In this document: in pieces, positions 1 to 9,481 of the stretch | How positions within the stretch are numbered: position 1 is the first letter of the stretch | Layout of the letters: every line of letters begins with the position of its first letter | Virus record (IMG/VR): IMGVR_UViG_2579778791_000027 | DNA from: a virus | Lineage: Duplodnaviria > Heunggongvirae > Uroviricota > Caudoviricetes | DNA: 13,428 bases | Reading direction: 5' to 3' (one strand) | The notes under the pieces: model-generated | Database searches by the model: none | What the model saw: the letters and a program-made list of their open reading frames with translations, nothing else | What the model was told of the DNA's origin: nothing | Translations under genes and position numbers: made by a program

Positions 1-331
<331 letters not shown>

Positions 332-472
332 CCTGTTTTGGTCTAAGCTGCGGTTGCGTTCCTGAATGGTTACTACGATTGGTTTGGTTGGGTCTGGAAG
401 GATTTGCTGTACTGCGTGAATAGCGTTTTGCTGATGTGCTGGAGATCGAATTTCAAAGGTTAGTTTTTTCAT
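332..472 (-). pseudogene. ninB: ninB (recombination protein NinB/Orf), N-terminal 47 codons only, interrupted by the IS
   Basis: Minus-strand translation from the ATG at 472 reads MKKLTFEIRSPAHQQNAIHAVQQILPDPTKPIVVTIQERNRSLDQNR, matching the lambda NinB N-terminus, then diverges into IS-derived sequence at ~331. Confidence 0.75.
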
Positions 473-545
473 GACTTCCCTCTCCCCCAAATAAAAAGGC
501 CTGCGATTACCAGCAGGCCTGTTATTAGCTCAGTGATGTAGATGG

Positions 546-836
546 TCATCTTTTAACTCCATATACCGCCAATACCCGTTTCATCGCGGCACTCTGGCGA
601 CACTCCTTAAAAATCAGGTTCGTGCTCATCTTTCCTTCCCGTTCTTCCCTAGTAGCGAACCGGTAATACACCGTTCGCCAGACCTTACCTTCGATAACCA
701 GAAGACCTGCCCGTGCCATTTTAGCCGCGGCCTGATTTATGCTGGTTACTGTTGCGCCTGTTAACGCGGCAACGTCCGGCGCACAGAAGCTATTATGCGT
801 CCCCAGGTAATGAATAATTGCCTCTTTGCCCGTCAT
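546..836 (-). CDS. ren: Ren protein (lambda-type)
   Basis: 96-aa ORF MTGKEAIIHYLGTHNSFCAPDVAALTGATVTSINQAAAKMARAG... recognised as lambda Ren; its start overlaps the P stop (ATGA). Confidence 0.88.
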   Translation of the reverse strand: MTGKEAIIHYLGTHNSFCAPDVAALTGATVTSINQAAAKMARAGLLVIEGKVWRTVYYRFATREEREGKMSTNLIFKECRQSAAMKRVLAVYGVKR

Positions 837-1534
837 ACACTTGCTCCTTTCAGCCCAAACTTAGCTTTGATTTCTGCGATCTTCGCCAGAGCCTGTGCAC
901 GATTTAGAGGTCTACCGCCCATGACAGGAAGTTGTTTTACTGGTTCAGGTATAGCCTCACCACGGTTAATTCGTGCGGTCATACAGGACAGTTCATCGGC
1001 AGCCTTGCGCCGTAATTCCGCATCAGTAAGCGCATTGGCCCGCATGTTCTGATACAGGTTGGTAACCAGCCAGTAGTGCGCGTTTGATTTCCACGGATAA
1101 GACTCCGCATCCGGATACAGGCCTCGCTTCCGGCAATACTCGTAAACCATATCAACCAGCTCGCTGACGTTTGGCAGTCCGGCGATAACGGATGCTTCTT
1201 CCCGGCACCATGCAACAAACTGCCCGGGTGATGGCAGAAATGGTCGATTCTGCCGACGGGCTACGCGCATTCCTGCGTTAACCTGTTCCATTGTGGTGAT
1301 CCCGTTTTCCCGGAAAGCCAGAACCCACTGGCGGCGGATTTCGTTCAGTTCGTTCTGGTCACGGTTAGCCAGGCTCGCCGGGAAAGTTGCCAGTAACTGG
1401 CTGAACACACCGTTGATGATCTGCGCTACCTGCTGTACCTGAGGCTTTTCGTCGTACTGTTCCGGCATGTTGTTGGCGATCCGACGCATCTGCTCACGGT
1501 CAAAGTTAACCATCTGTGCGGCGATGTTTTTCAT
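833..1534 (-). CDS. P: Replication protein P (DnaB helicase loader)
   Basis: 233-aa ORF MKNIAAQMVNFDREQMRRIANNMPEQYDEKPQVQQVAQIINGVF... recognised as lambda P; start overlaps the O stop. Confidence 0.95.
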   Translation of the reverse strand: MKNIAAQMVNFDREQMRRIANNMPEQYDEKPQVQQVAQIINGVFSQLLATFPASLANRDQNELNEIRRQWVLAFRENGITTMEQVNAGMRVARRQNRPFLPSPGQFVAWCREEASVIAGLPNVSELVDMVYEYCRKRGLYPDAESYPWKSNAHYWLVTNLYQNMRANALTDAELRRKAADELSCMTARINRGEAIPEPVKQLPVMGGRPLNRAQALAKIAEIKAKFGLKGASV

Positions 1535-2430
1535 AAATCCACCCCGTAAATCCAGTCTGTGTTTGTCAGGTCGAGTTTTGGTTTGCTGGCTGTCACGACT
1601 GCCTGTTGCTTGTTACGGTTGATTTCGAGCTGGGTCCACTTGTCGCGGAGTTTGGCCGGGCTCAGCACATTACCGGACCAGAAGTTGTCCTGGCAGGCCC
1701 AGCGGAACAGCACACACATATCGCGGTGGTTACGTCCGTCACGTTCACGCATCAGGCGGATATCGTTAGCCCACCCTGCAAAATTCGGTTTTCTGGCTGA
1801 TGGCGCGATAGTCTTCACCATGTCAAACATCCACTCTGCGGCGGTCAGGTCTTCTGCTGTCCCCCATTTGCTGCCGCTCTGAATTGCAGCATCAGGTTTC
1901 ACCACAGAAAGGTCGTTTTCTGGCTGGTCAGAGGATTCGCCAGAATTCTCTGACGAATAATCTTTTCTATTTTCTTTTGTATTAGTGTCTTTTGTGTTCC
2001 CCTGTTTTGAGGGATAGCAATCCCCCAATTTGAGGGATGTTTTATCCCTCGTTTTAGGGGATTTTCCCTCGTTTTGAGGGATACACCATTCTGAGATGTT
2101 TTTATTTGGTCCAAACATGCCGCCTTGCTGCTTGATAATATTCATTCTGACGAGTTCTAACTTGGCTTCATTGCACCGTTTGACAGGTAACTTTGTAATC
2201 TCGCTAAGTTGAGAATCGGTGATTCTGTCCATTGGTTTATTCCACCCATAGGTTTTACGCAGAATGGCAAGCAGCACTTTAAACTGTCGCTTGGTCAGAT
2301 CTGCGCCTGAATAAGCCTCAAGCAGCATATTTGATAGTCTGGCGTAACCATCATCGAGATCTGCCACATTACGCTCCTGTCCGGCAAAGTTACCTCTGCC
2401 GAAGTTGAGTATTTTTGCTGTATTTGTCAT
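1531..2430 (-). CDS. O: Replication initiator protein O
   Basis: 299-aa ORF MTNTAKILNFGRGNFAGQERNVADLDDGYARLSNMLLEAYSGADLTKRQFKVLLAILRKTYGWNKPMDRITDSQLSEITKLP... recognised as lambda O; the ori iterons lie inside it. Confidence 0.95.
   Translation of the reverse strand: MTNTAKILNFGRGNFAGQERNVADLDDGYARLSNMLLEAYSGADLTKRQFKVLLAILRKTYGWNKPMDRITDSQLSEITKLPVKRCNEAKLELVRMNIIKQQGGMFGPNKNISEWCIPQNEGKSPKTRDKTSLKLGDCYPSKQGNTKDTNTKENRKDYSSENSGESSDQPENDLSVVKPDAAIQSGSKWGTAEDLTAAEWMFDMVKTIAPSARKPNFAGWANDIRLMRERDGRNHRDMCVLFRWACQDNFWSGNVLSPAKLRDKWTQLEINRNKQQAVVTASKPKLDLTNTDWIYGVDL
1998..2083. repeat. ori-lambda: four ~19-bp O-binding iterons, with the AT-rich unwinding region alongside at about 1955-1997
   Basis: Four tandem near-palindromic units read directly: tcccctgttttgagggata (1998-2016), atcccccaatttgagggat (2020-2038), atccctcgttttaggggat (2044-2062), tccctcgttttgagggata (2065-2083), flanked by an A/T-rich tract. 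Confidence 0.85.
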
Positions 2431-2440
2431 AATGACTCCT

Positions 2441-2517
2441 GTTGATAGTTCCAGTAATAACCTCAGAATTCCATCTGGATTTGTTCAGAACGCTCGGTTG
2501 CCGCCGGGCGTTTTTTA
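2441..2517 (+). ncRNA. oop: oop antisense RNA (about 77 nt), antisense to the cII 3' end, with its intrinsic terminator
   Basis: Terminator cggttgccgccgggcgTTTTTTATT at ~2493-2519 on the + strand, antisense to cII and just downstream of the O start, as in lambda. The 5' end is placed by analogy with lambda, not read from sequence. Confidence 0.55.
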
Positions 2518-2756
2518 TTGGTGAGAATCGAAGCAACTTGTCGTGCCAATCGAGCCATGTCGTCGTCGACGACACCCCATTCAAGAACAGCAAGCAGCAT
2601 TGAGAACTTTGGAATCCAATCCCTCTTCCACCTGCTGATCTGCGACTTATCAACTCCCACAGCTTCCGCTGTCTTCTCAGTTCCAAGCATTGCGATTTTG
2701 TTAAGCAACGCACTCTCGATTCGTAGAGCCTCGTTGCGTTTGTTTGCACGAACCAT
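2463..2756 (-). CDS. cII: Transcriptional activator CII
   Basis: Translation from the ATG at 2756 gives MVRANKRNEALRIESALLNKIAMLGTEKTAEAVGVDKSQISRWKRDWIPKFSMLLAVLEWGVVDDDMARLARQVASILTNKKRPAATERSEQIQMEF, recognised as lambda CII (97 aa). The longer 117-aa track ORF is an upstream in-frame extension. Confidence 0.95.
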   Translation of the reverse strand: MVRANKRNEALRIESALLNKIAMLGTEKTAEAVGVDKSQISRWKRDWIPKFSMLLAVLEWGVVDDDMARLARQVASILTNKKRPAATERSEQIQMEF

Positions 2757-2770
2757 ATGTAAGTATTTCC
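2734..2770 (+). promoter_or_regulatory. pRE-like promoter with a CII binding motif TTGC-N6-TTGC
   Basis: TTGCgtttgtTTGC at 2734-2747 with an AAGTAT -10-like hexamer at 2761-2766, oriented toward cI on the + strand. Confidence 0.6.
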
Positions 2771-2790
2771 TTAGATAACAATTGATTGAA

Positions 2791-2812
2791 TGTATGCAAA
2801 TAAATGCATACA
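2791..2812 (-). promoter_or_regulatory. Inverted repeat in the cro-cII leader (tR1 region)
   Basis: tgtatgca-aataaa-tgcataca: 8-bp perfect stem with a 6-nt loop. Its role (Rho-dependent tR1 region or structured cII leader) is assigned by position only. Confidence 0.4.
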
Positions 2813-2835
2813 CCATAGGTGTGGTTTATTTTGAT

Positions 2836-2867
2836 GCCCTTTTTCAGGGCTGGGATGTGTAAGAGCG
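2836..2867 (-). promoter_or_regulatory. nutR (boxA plus boxB hairpin) N-utilisation site
   Basis: Minus-strand boxB GCCCTGAAAAAGGGC at 2836-2850 and boxA CGCTCTTAC at 2859-2867, immediately downstream of cro. Confidence 0.75.
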
Positions 2868-2875
2868 GGAATGTC

Positions 2876-4228
<1,353 letters not shown>

Positions 4229-4278
4229 TCCCCACCTCAATCTCGATAACAAAAAAACAAACTATTTTCCGTTTAAAA

Positions 4279-4346
4279 ACAATGGAGTTTGTTTTTCACG
4301 CCCCTTTTTACAATATTTCTTGTTTACAATATACAATCTTCCTTGT
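4279..4346 (+). promoter_or_regulatory. OL operators (three 434-type ACAA-N6-TTGT sites) with a pL-like promoter
   Basis: acaatggagtttgt (4279-4292), acaatatttcttgt (4310-4323), acaatcttccttgt (4333-4346); candidate -35 TTTACA at 4323-4328 and an A/T-rich -10 near 4346-4351, oriented toward N. Confidence 0.75.
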
Positions 4347-4391
4347 AATTTTAAGCCATCAGCAGGACGCACTGACCACCATTGAAGGTGA

Positions 4392-4422
4392 GGCTCTTAA
4401 AAATTAAGCCCTGAAGAAGGGC
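4392..4422 (+). promoter_or_regulatory. nutL (boxA plus boxB hairpin)
   Basis: boxA-like GGCTCTTAA at 4392-4400 and boxB GCCCTGAAGAAGGGC at 4408-4422, upstream of N. Confidence 0.8.
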
Positions 4423-4579
4423 AGCATTCAAAGCAGAAGGCTTTGGTGTGTGTGATACGAAACGAAGCATTGGCCGGAAGTGCGAATCCGGATTAGCTGC
4501 CAATGTGCCATTGCGGGGTGTTTTCGTTCAGGACTACGACTCCCACACACAACCAAAGCTAACTGACAGGAGAATCCAG

Positions 4580-4903
4580 ATGGATGCACAAACACGCCGC
4601 CGCGAACGTCGCGCAGAGAAACAGGCTCAATGGAAAGCAGCAAATCCCCTGTTGGTTGGGGTAAGCGCTAAACCAGTTAACCGCCCTATTCTCTCGCTGA
4701 ATCGCAAACCGAAATCACGAGTAGAAAGCGCACTGAATCCGATAGACCTTACGGTGCTGGCTGAATACCACGAACAGATTGAAAGCAACCTGCAACGTAT
4801 TGAGCGCAAGAATCATCGAGTTTGGTATAGCAAGCCAGGTGAGTTCGGTATAACTTGTCAAGGAAGACAAAAGGTTAAAGGGGAATCCATTCCATTGGCA
4901 TGA
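4580..4903 (+). CDS. N: Antitermination protein N
   Basis: Translation from the ATG at 4580 gives MDAQTRRRERRAEKQAQWKAANPLLVGVSAKPVNRPILSLNRKPKSRVESALNPIDLTVLAEYH... (107 aa), recognised as lambda N with an arginine-rich N-terminus. The 151-aa track ORF is an upstream extension through nutL. Confidence 0.93.
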   Translation: MDAQTRRRERRAEKQAQWKAANPLLVGVSAKPVNRPILSLNRKPKSRVESALNPIDLTVLAEYHEQIESNLQRIERKNHRVWYSKPGEFGITCQGRQKVKGESIPLA

Positions 4904-4911
4904 GGTACGTA

Positions 4912-5781
4912 ATGAAGAAGATTGATTACAAGTCCATACCAAAACCAATAGACTCAGCATCAGAGCGAAAAAAACACAAAAAAGAGGCTGAAAAATTAGC
5001 AAATTATATCAGTTTTATTAGAAACAATGCTCACGGCGATGGCGACAAGAAGTTGCTTTCAGATGCTCGGACCCAAGCGTTCGGTATACTTCGTAAGCAG
5101 ATGCAATATCGTCTTCATCCTGGCTACATAATTGAAATTCGCCCTACTGAAAGACAATTGTTCTTATTAAACTCTGTCTTTGACTTTGTAAACGTAGTTG
5201 GAGATCTTATCGACAGGTCTGTAGATAAGGATCCTGATACAAATAGTTTTCTTCTAACAAATAAAGAATACTTATATGGTAAATTCGGTATAAACGGATG
5301 GCAAAAATATGTACGCTTCTTACGTGCATTCGTTGATGCGTATAAAAATTCCGACATGATTTATACATATTTGCCTGGTGGTGATAATTGTACGCTTTCG
5401 GCAGACAATAGAATATTCATACCTGTACTTGGTCTTGGGCTGATTAATGCAGTAAATGAAAAAGATGTTATAATTGTTAAGCAGTGGCGAAAATATGAGG
5501 GATATAGATATCTGCCATGCTTTGATATATTAAAAATACAGAATAAATTCTATGTAAAAATTAAATATAAAGAAGATATTTTCTTCCTCAGAAAAAACAT
5601 AGATCTTTTACAAGAACTTTCTGGTACAATAGATGTCATCTTAGGTTCTAGGTTTATAAAAGAACTGAAAGAAAGCAGGTCTTTCTCTCGTGTAGAGATA
5701 AGCGAGTCAGAGTTATGGGGTATATCAAATAATCCTGTAAACCACGCTCACCAACGAAACCCAAACAAAAAGTGGTCATAA
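4912..5781 (+). CDS. Hypothetical protein of unknown function (~289 aa, AT-rich), in the slot lambda uses for ral/sieB; candidate accessory or exclusion gene
   Basis: Uninterrupted ORF. ATG at 4912 has a GAGG RBS 6 nt upstream; an alternative ATG at 4900 overlaps the N stop. Composition is visibly A/T-rich, unlike flanking lambda genes. I do not recognise the protein; no Walker A motif or transmembrane segment seen by eye. Confidence 0.7.
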   Translation: MKKIDYKSIPKPIDSASERKKHKKEAEKLANYISFIRNNAHGDGDKKLLSDARTQAFGILRKQMQYRLHPGYIIEIRPTERQLFLLNSVFDFVNVVGDLIDRSVDKDPDTNSFLLTNKEYLYGKFGINGWQKYVRFLRAFVDAYKNSDMIYTYLPGGDNCTLSADNRIFIPVLGLGLINAVNEKDVIIVKQWRKYEGYRYLPCFDILKIQNKFYVKIKYKEDIFFLRKNIDLLQELSGTIDVILGSRFIKELKESRSFSRVEISESELWGISNNPVNHAHQRNPNKKWS

Positions 5782-5923
5782 CCCGCTCAGGCGGATTTCA
5801 TTTTCACGCAAACAACAGAATAAACACAGCGCTGTGTATTCATTCCAACGAGTGAATACACGGAGCAATGTCGCTCGTAACTAAACAGGAGCCGACTTGT
5901 TCTGATTATTGGAAATCTTCTTT

Positions 5924-5950
5924 GCCCTCCAAGATGAGGGCGATTTTTTA
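5924..5950 (+). terminator. Intrinsic terminator-like hairpin between the unknown ORF and ea10
   Basis: gccctc-caagat-gagggc followed by gaTTTTTTAt. Confidence 0.55.
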
Positions 5951-5969
5951 TCTGTGAGGATATGAACAG

Positions 5970-6338
5970 ATGTCAAACATCAAAAAATACATCATTGATT
6001 ACGACTGGAAAGCATCAATAGAAATTGAAATCGACCATGACGTAATGACAGAGGAAAAACTTCACCAGATTAATAATTTCTGGTCAGACTCTGAATACCG
6101 ACTCAATAAACACGGCTCTGTATTAAATGCTGTATTAATCATGCTGGCGCAACATGCTCTGCTTATAGCAATTTCAAGCGACTTAAATGCATATGGTGTT
6201 GTGTGTGAGTTCGACTGGAATGATGGAAATGGTCAGGAAGGATGGCCTCCAATGGATGGTAGTGAAGGAATAAGAATTACCGATATCGATACATCAGGAA
6301 TATTTGATTCAGATGATATGACTATCAAGGCCGCCTGA
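5970..6338 (+). CDS. ea10: Ea10 protein (lambda early-left; Ssb-like)
   Basis: 122-aa ORF, same length as lambda Ea10 and with the same 72-bp spacing to cIII as in lambda; the sequence matches my recollection of Ea10. Confidence 0.8.
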   Translation: MSNIKKYIIDYDWKASIEIEIDHDVMTEEKLHQINNFWSDSEYRLNKHGSVLNAVLIMLAQHALLIAISSDLNAYGVVCEFDWNDGNGQEGWPPMDGSEGIRITDIDTSGIFDSDDMTIKAA

Positions 6339-6410
6339 GCGCGGCGTTACCGCATACCAATTACGCTTCACTCGAGGCGTTTTTCGTTATGTATAAATAA
6401 GGAGCACACC

Positions 6411-6575
6411 ATGCAATATGCCATTGCAGGGTGGCCTGTTGCTGGCTGCCCTTCCGAATCTTTACTTGAACGAATCACCCGTAAATTACGTGACGGATGG
6501 AAACGCCTTATCGACATACTTAATCAGCCAGGAGTCCCAAAAAATGGATCAAACAATTATGGCTATCCAGACTAA
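6411..6575 (+). CDS. cIII: CIII protein (FtsH inhibitor protecting CII)
   Basis: ATG at 6411 with a GGAG RBS; translation [54 protein letters not shown] (54 aa) recognised as lambda CIII. Below the track threshold, found by manual translation. Confidence 0.92.
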   Translation: MQYAIAGWPVAGCPSESLLERITRKLRDGWKRLIDILNQPGVPKNGSNNYGYPD

Positions 6576-6687
6576 ATTCACTATCGCCACTTTTATTGGC
6601 GATGAAAAGATGTTTCGTGAGGCCGTCGACGCTTATAAAAAATGGATATTAATACTGAAACTGAGATCAAGCAAAAGCATTCACTAA
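6544..6687 (+). CDS. kil: Kil protein (host-killing, FtsZ inhibitor)
   Basis: 47-aa product [47 protein letters not shown]; overlaps the cIII 3' end and gam 5' end as in lambda. Confidence 0.88.
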   Translation: MDQTIMAIQTKFTIATFIGDEKMFREAVDAYKKWILILKLRSSKSIH

Positions 6688-7058
6688 CCCCCTTTCCTGT
6701 TTTCCTAATCAGCCCGGCATTTCGCGGGCGATATTTTCACAGCTATTTCAGGAGTTCGGCCATGAACGCTTATTACATTCAGGATCGTCTTGAGGCTCAG
6801 AGCTGGGCGCGTCACTACCAGCAGATAGCCCGTGAAGAGAAAGAGGCAGAACTGGCAGACGACATGGAAAAAGGCCTGCCCCAGCACCTGTTTGAATCGC
6901 TATGCATCGGTCATTTGCAACGCCACGGGGCCAGCAAAAAAGCCATTACCCGTGCGTTTGATGACGATGTTGAGTTTCAGGAGCGCATGGCAGAACACAT
7001 CCGGTACATGGTTGAAACCATTGCTCACCATCAGGTTGATATTGATTCAGAGGTATAA
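6642..7058 (+). CDS. gam: Gam protein (RecBCD inhibitor)
   Basis: 138-aa [64 protein letters not shown]... recognised as lambda Gam. Confidence 0.95.
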   Translation: MDINTETEIKQKHSLTPFPVFLISPAFRGRYFHSYFRSSAMNAYYIQDRLEAQSWARHYQQIAREEKEAELADDMEKGLPQHLFESLCIGHLQRHGASKKAITRAFDDDVEFQERMAEHIRYMVETIAHHQVDIDSEV

Positions 7059-7063
7059 AACGG

Positions 7064-7849
7064 ATGAGTACAGCACTCGCAACGCTGGCAGGGAAGCTGG
7101 CTGAACGTGTCGGCATGGATTCTGTCGACCCACAGGAACTGATCACCACTCTTCGCCAGACGGCATTTAAAGGCGATGCCAGCGATGCGCAGTTCATCGC
7201 ATTGTTGATCGTCGCCAACCAGTACGGCCTTAATCCGTGGACGAAAGAAATTTACGCCTTCCCTGATAAGCAGAACGGCATCGTTCCGGTGGTGGGCGTT
7301 GATGGCTGGTCCCGCATCATCAATGAAAACCAGCAGTTTGATGGCATGGACTTTGAGCAGGACAATGAATCCTGTACATGCCGGATTTACCGCAAGGACC
7401 GTAATCATCCGATCTGCGTTACCGAATGGATGGATGAATGCCGCCGCGAACCATTCAAAACCCGCGAAGGCAGAGAAATCACGGGGCCGTGGCAGTCGCA
7501 TCCTAAACGGATGTTACGGCATAAAGCTATGATTCAGTGTGCCCGTCTGGCCTTCGGATTTGCTGGTATCTATGACAAGGATGAAGCCGAGCGCATTGTC
7601 GAAAATACTGCATACACTGCAGAACGCCAGCCGGAACGCGACATCACTCCGGTTAACGATGAAACCATGCAGGAGATTAACACTCTGCTAATCGCCCTGG
7701 ATAAAACATGGGATGACGACTTATTGCCGCTCTGTTCCCAGATATTTCGCCGCGACATTCGCGCATCGTCAGAACTGACACAGGCCGAAGCAGTGAAAGC
7801 TCTTGGATTCCTGAAACAGAAAGCCACTGAGCAGAAGGTGGCAGCATGA
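7064..7849 (+). CDS. bet: Bet (Red-beta single-strand annealing protein)
   Basis: 261-aa [71 protein letters not shown]... recognised as lambda Beta. Confidence 0.95.
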   Translation: MSTALATLAGKLAERVGMDSVDPQELITTLRQTAFKGDASDAQFIALLIVANQYGLNPWTKEIYAFPDKQNGIVPVVGVDGWSRIINENQQFDGMDFEQDNESCTCRIYRKDRNHPICVTEWMDECRREPFKTREGREITGPWQSHPKRMLRHKAMIQCARLAFGFAGIYDKDEAERIVENTAYTAERQPERDITPVNDETMQEINTLLIALDKTWDDDLLPLCSQIFRRDIRASSELTQAEAVKALGFLKQKATEQKVAA

Positions 7850-8526
7850 CACCGGACATTATCCTGCAGCGTACCGGGATCGACGTGAGAGCTGTCGAAC
7901 AGGGGGATGATGCGTGGCACAAATTACGGCTCGGCGTCATCACAGCTTCAGAAGTTCATAACGTAATAGCAAAACCCCGCTCCGGAAAAAAGTGGCCTGA
8001 CATGAAAATGTCCTACTTCCACACCCTGCTTGCTGAGGTTTGCACCGGTGTGGCTCCGGAAGTTAACGCTAAAGCGCTGGCCTGGGGAAAACAGTACGAG
8101 AACGACGCCAGAGCCCTGTTTGAGTTCACTTCCGGCGTGAATGTTACTGAATCACCGATCATCTATCGCGACGAAAGTATGCGTACCGCCTGCTCTCCAG
8201 ATGGTTTATGCAGTGACGGCAACGGCCTTGAACTGAAATGCCCGTTTACCTCCCGGGATTTCATGAAGTTCCGGCTCGGTGGTTTCGAGGCCATAAAGTC
8301 AGCTTACATGGCCCAGGTGCAGTACAGCATGTGGGTGACGCGAAAAGATGCCTGGTACTTTGCCAACTATGACCCGCGTATGAAGCGTGAAGGACTGCAT
8401 TATGTCGTGGTTGAGCGGGATGAAAAGTACATGGCGGGTTTTGACGAGATGGTGCCGGAGTTCATCGAAAAAATGGACGAGGCACTGGCTGAAATTGGTT
8501 TTGTATTTGGGGAGCAATGGCGATGA
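7846..8526 (+). CDS. exo: Exo (lambda 5'-3' exonuclease, Red-alpha)
   Basis: 226-aa [71 protein letters not shown]... recognised as lambda Exo; start overlaps the bet stop. Confidence 0.95.
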   Translation: MTPDIILQRTGIDVRAVEQGDDAWHKLRLGVITASEVHNVIAKPRSGKKWPDMKMSYFHTLLAEVCTGVAPEVNAKALAWGKQYENDARALFEFTSGVNVTESPIIYRDESMRTACSPDGLCSDGNGLELKCPFTSRDFMKFRLGGFEAIKSAYMAQVQYSMWVTRKDAWYFANYDPRMKREGLHYVVVERDEKYMAGFDEMVPEFIEKMDEALAEIGFVFGEQWR

Positions 8527-8705
8527 AGCATCCTCACGATAATATCCGGGTAGGTGCGATCACTTTCGTCTACTCCGTTACAAAGCGAGGCTGGGTATTT
8601 CCCGACCTTTCTGTTATCCAAAATCCACTGAAAGCCCAGCGGCTGGCTGAGGAGATAAATAATAAACGAGGGGCTGTATGCACAAAGCATCTCCTGTTGA
8701 GTTAA
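8523..8705 (+). CDS. Lambda orf60a-like small early-left protein
   Basis: 60-aa product [60 protein letters not shown], immediately after exo; start chosen to give 60 aa (an in-frame ATG at 8517 also exists). Confidence 0.75.
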   Translation: MKHPHDNIRVGAITFVYSVTKRGWVFPDLSVIQNPLKAQRLAEEINNKRGAVCTKHLLLS

Positions 8706-8869
8706 GAACGAGCATTGAGATGGCACATAGCCTTGCTCAAATTGGAGTCAGGTTTGTGCCAATACCAGTAGAAACAGACGAAGAATTTCATACGTTAGCC
8801 ACATCCCTTTCACAAAAGCTGGAAATGATGGTGGCGAAAGCAGAAGCAGATGAGAGAGACCAGGTATGA
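8678..8869 (+). CDS. Lambda orf63-like small early-left protein
   Basis: 63-aa [66 protein letters not shown], in the position and size of lambda orf63. Confidence 0.75.
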   Translation: MHKASPVELRTSIEMAHSLAQIGVRFVPIPVETDEEFHTLATSLSQKLEMMVAKAEADERDQV

Positions 8870-8949
8870 CAACCACTGAATGCATTTTTCTGGCAGCGGG
8901 CTTCATATTCTGTTTGCTTATGCTTGCCGACATGGGGCTTGTTCAGTGA
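8866..8949 (+). CDS. Possible small hydrophobic peptide (27 aa), translationally coupled
   Basis: ATG overlaps the orf63 stop (ATGA); product MTTTECIFLAAGFIFCLLMLADMGLVQ is a single hydrophobic helix; its stop overlaps a GTG (GTGA) that opens the next frame. Below the track threshold; weak support. Confidence 0.3.
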   Translation: MTTTECIFLAAGFIFCLLMLADMGLVQ

Positions 8950-9161
8950 CACCTCAGCAAGAAAACGCCCTTCGCAGCATTGCCCGTCAGGCTAATTCTG
9001 AAATCAAAAAAGCCAGACAGCAGTTTCCGGATAAAAACGTCGATGACATTTGCCGTAGCGTACTGAAGAAGCACCGCGAAACGGTAACGCTGATGGGATT
9101 CACACCGACTCATTTAAGCCTGGCGATCGGCATGTTAAACGGCGTCTTTAAGGAACGGTGA
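8946..9161 (+). CDS. Small early-left hypothetical protein (start uncertain)
   Basis: Open frame ending at 9161 (...VTPQQENALRSIARQANSEIKKARQQFPDKNVDDICRSVLKKHRETVTLMGFTPTHLSLAIGMLNGVFKER). Candidate GTG start at 8946 is coupled to the upstream peptide; the frame is open back to an ATG at 8880. Confidence 0.45.
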   Translation: MTPQQENALRSIARQANSEIKKARQQFPDKNVDDICRSVLKKHRETVTLMGFTPTHLSLAIGMLNGVFKER

Positions 9162-9183
9162 GCATGAAAAGCAAAATCATCAG

Positions 9184-9207
9184 GGAGCTACAGGCTCCTT
9201 TTTTATT
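9184..9207 (+). terminator. Intrinsic terminator-like hairpin
   Basis: ggagc-tacag-gctcc followed by TTTTTTATT. Confidence 0.5.
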
Positions 9208-9259
9208 GTTCGCATTCACCCTCAAGCGTATTAACCAACAATTCAGGGATTAATGGAAG

Positions 9260-9481
9260 ATGGCAGACATCATTGATTCAGCATCAGAAATTGAAGAATT
9301 ACAGCGCAACACAGCAATAAAAATGCGCCGCCTGAACCACCAGGCTATATCTGCCACTCATTGTTGTGAGTGTGGCGATCCCATAGATGAGCGAAGACGC
9401 CTGGCCGTTCAGGGTTGTCGGACTTGTGCAAGTTGCCAGGAGGATCTGGAACTTATCAGTAAACAGAGAGGTTCGAAGTGA
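9260..9481 (+). CDS. TraR/DksA-family C4 zinc-finger protein (lambda Orf73-like)
   Basis: 73-aa ORF with CxxC...CxxC (CCECGDPIDERRRLAVQGCRTCASC), typical of the TraR/DksA family and consistent with lambda Orf73. Confidence 0.8.
   Translation: MADIIDSASEIEELQRNTAIKMRRLNHQAISATHCCECGDPIDERRRLAVQGCRTCASCQEDLELISKQRGSK

Noticed and set aside
979-1218. 79-aa minus-strand ORF and the 85-aa plus-strand ORF (795..1052) inside and antisense to P/ren
   Set aside because: They overlap confidently identified lambda P and ren in other frames with no independent start signals; treated as shadow ORFs.
1559-1882. 107-aa and 64-aa plus-strand ORFs antisense to O
   Set aside because: Entirely within the O coding region on the opposite strand; no RBS and no recognisable product.
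1998-2083. Possibility that the tandem ~19-bp repeats are a CRISPR array
   Set aside because: Only four units, each internally palindromic, separated by 3-5 bp rather than by unique spacers, and located inside the O gene: these are ori-lambda iterons.
2390-2749. 119-aa minus-strand ORF and 86-aa plus-strand ORF (2518..2778) overlapping cII
   Set aside because: Alternative-frame or antisense overlaps of cII; the cII frame is the one matching the known protein.
5124-5357. 77-aa minus-strand ORF inside the unknown 290-aa gene
   Set aside because: Antisense and shorter than the sense ORF, which has a proper RBS and N-coupled start; A/T-rich DNA produces chance antisense frames.
5867-5956. Tiny ORF (about 29 aa, MSLVTKQEPTCSDYWKSSLPSKMRAIFYL) between the unknown gene and ea10
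   Set aside because: The GGAG lies only 2 nt from the ATG and the ORF runs through the terminator hairpin; more likely non-coding.
6705-7501. Several minus-strand and alternative-frame ORFs (6705..6887, 6832..7104, 6946..7218, 7031..7501, 7299..7532, 7570..7943) overlapping gam/bet
   Set aside because: All overlap confidently assigned gam and bet; typical spurious frames in moderately GC-rich coding DNA.
8299-8933. Minus-strand ORFs antisense to exo and the orf60a/orf63 region
   Set aside because: Antisense to recognised lambda genes with no start signals.
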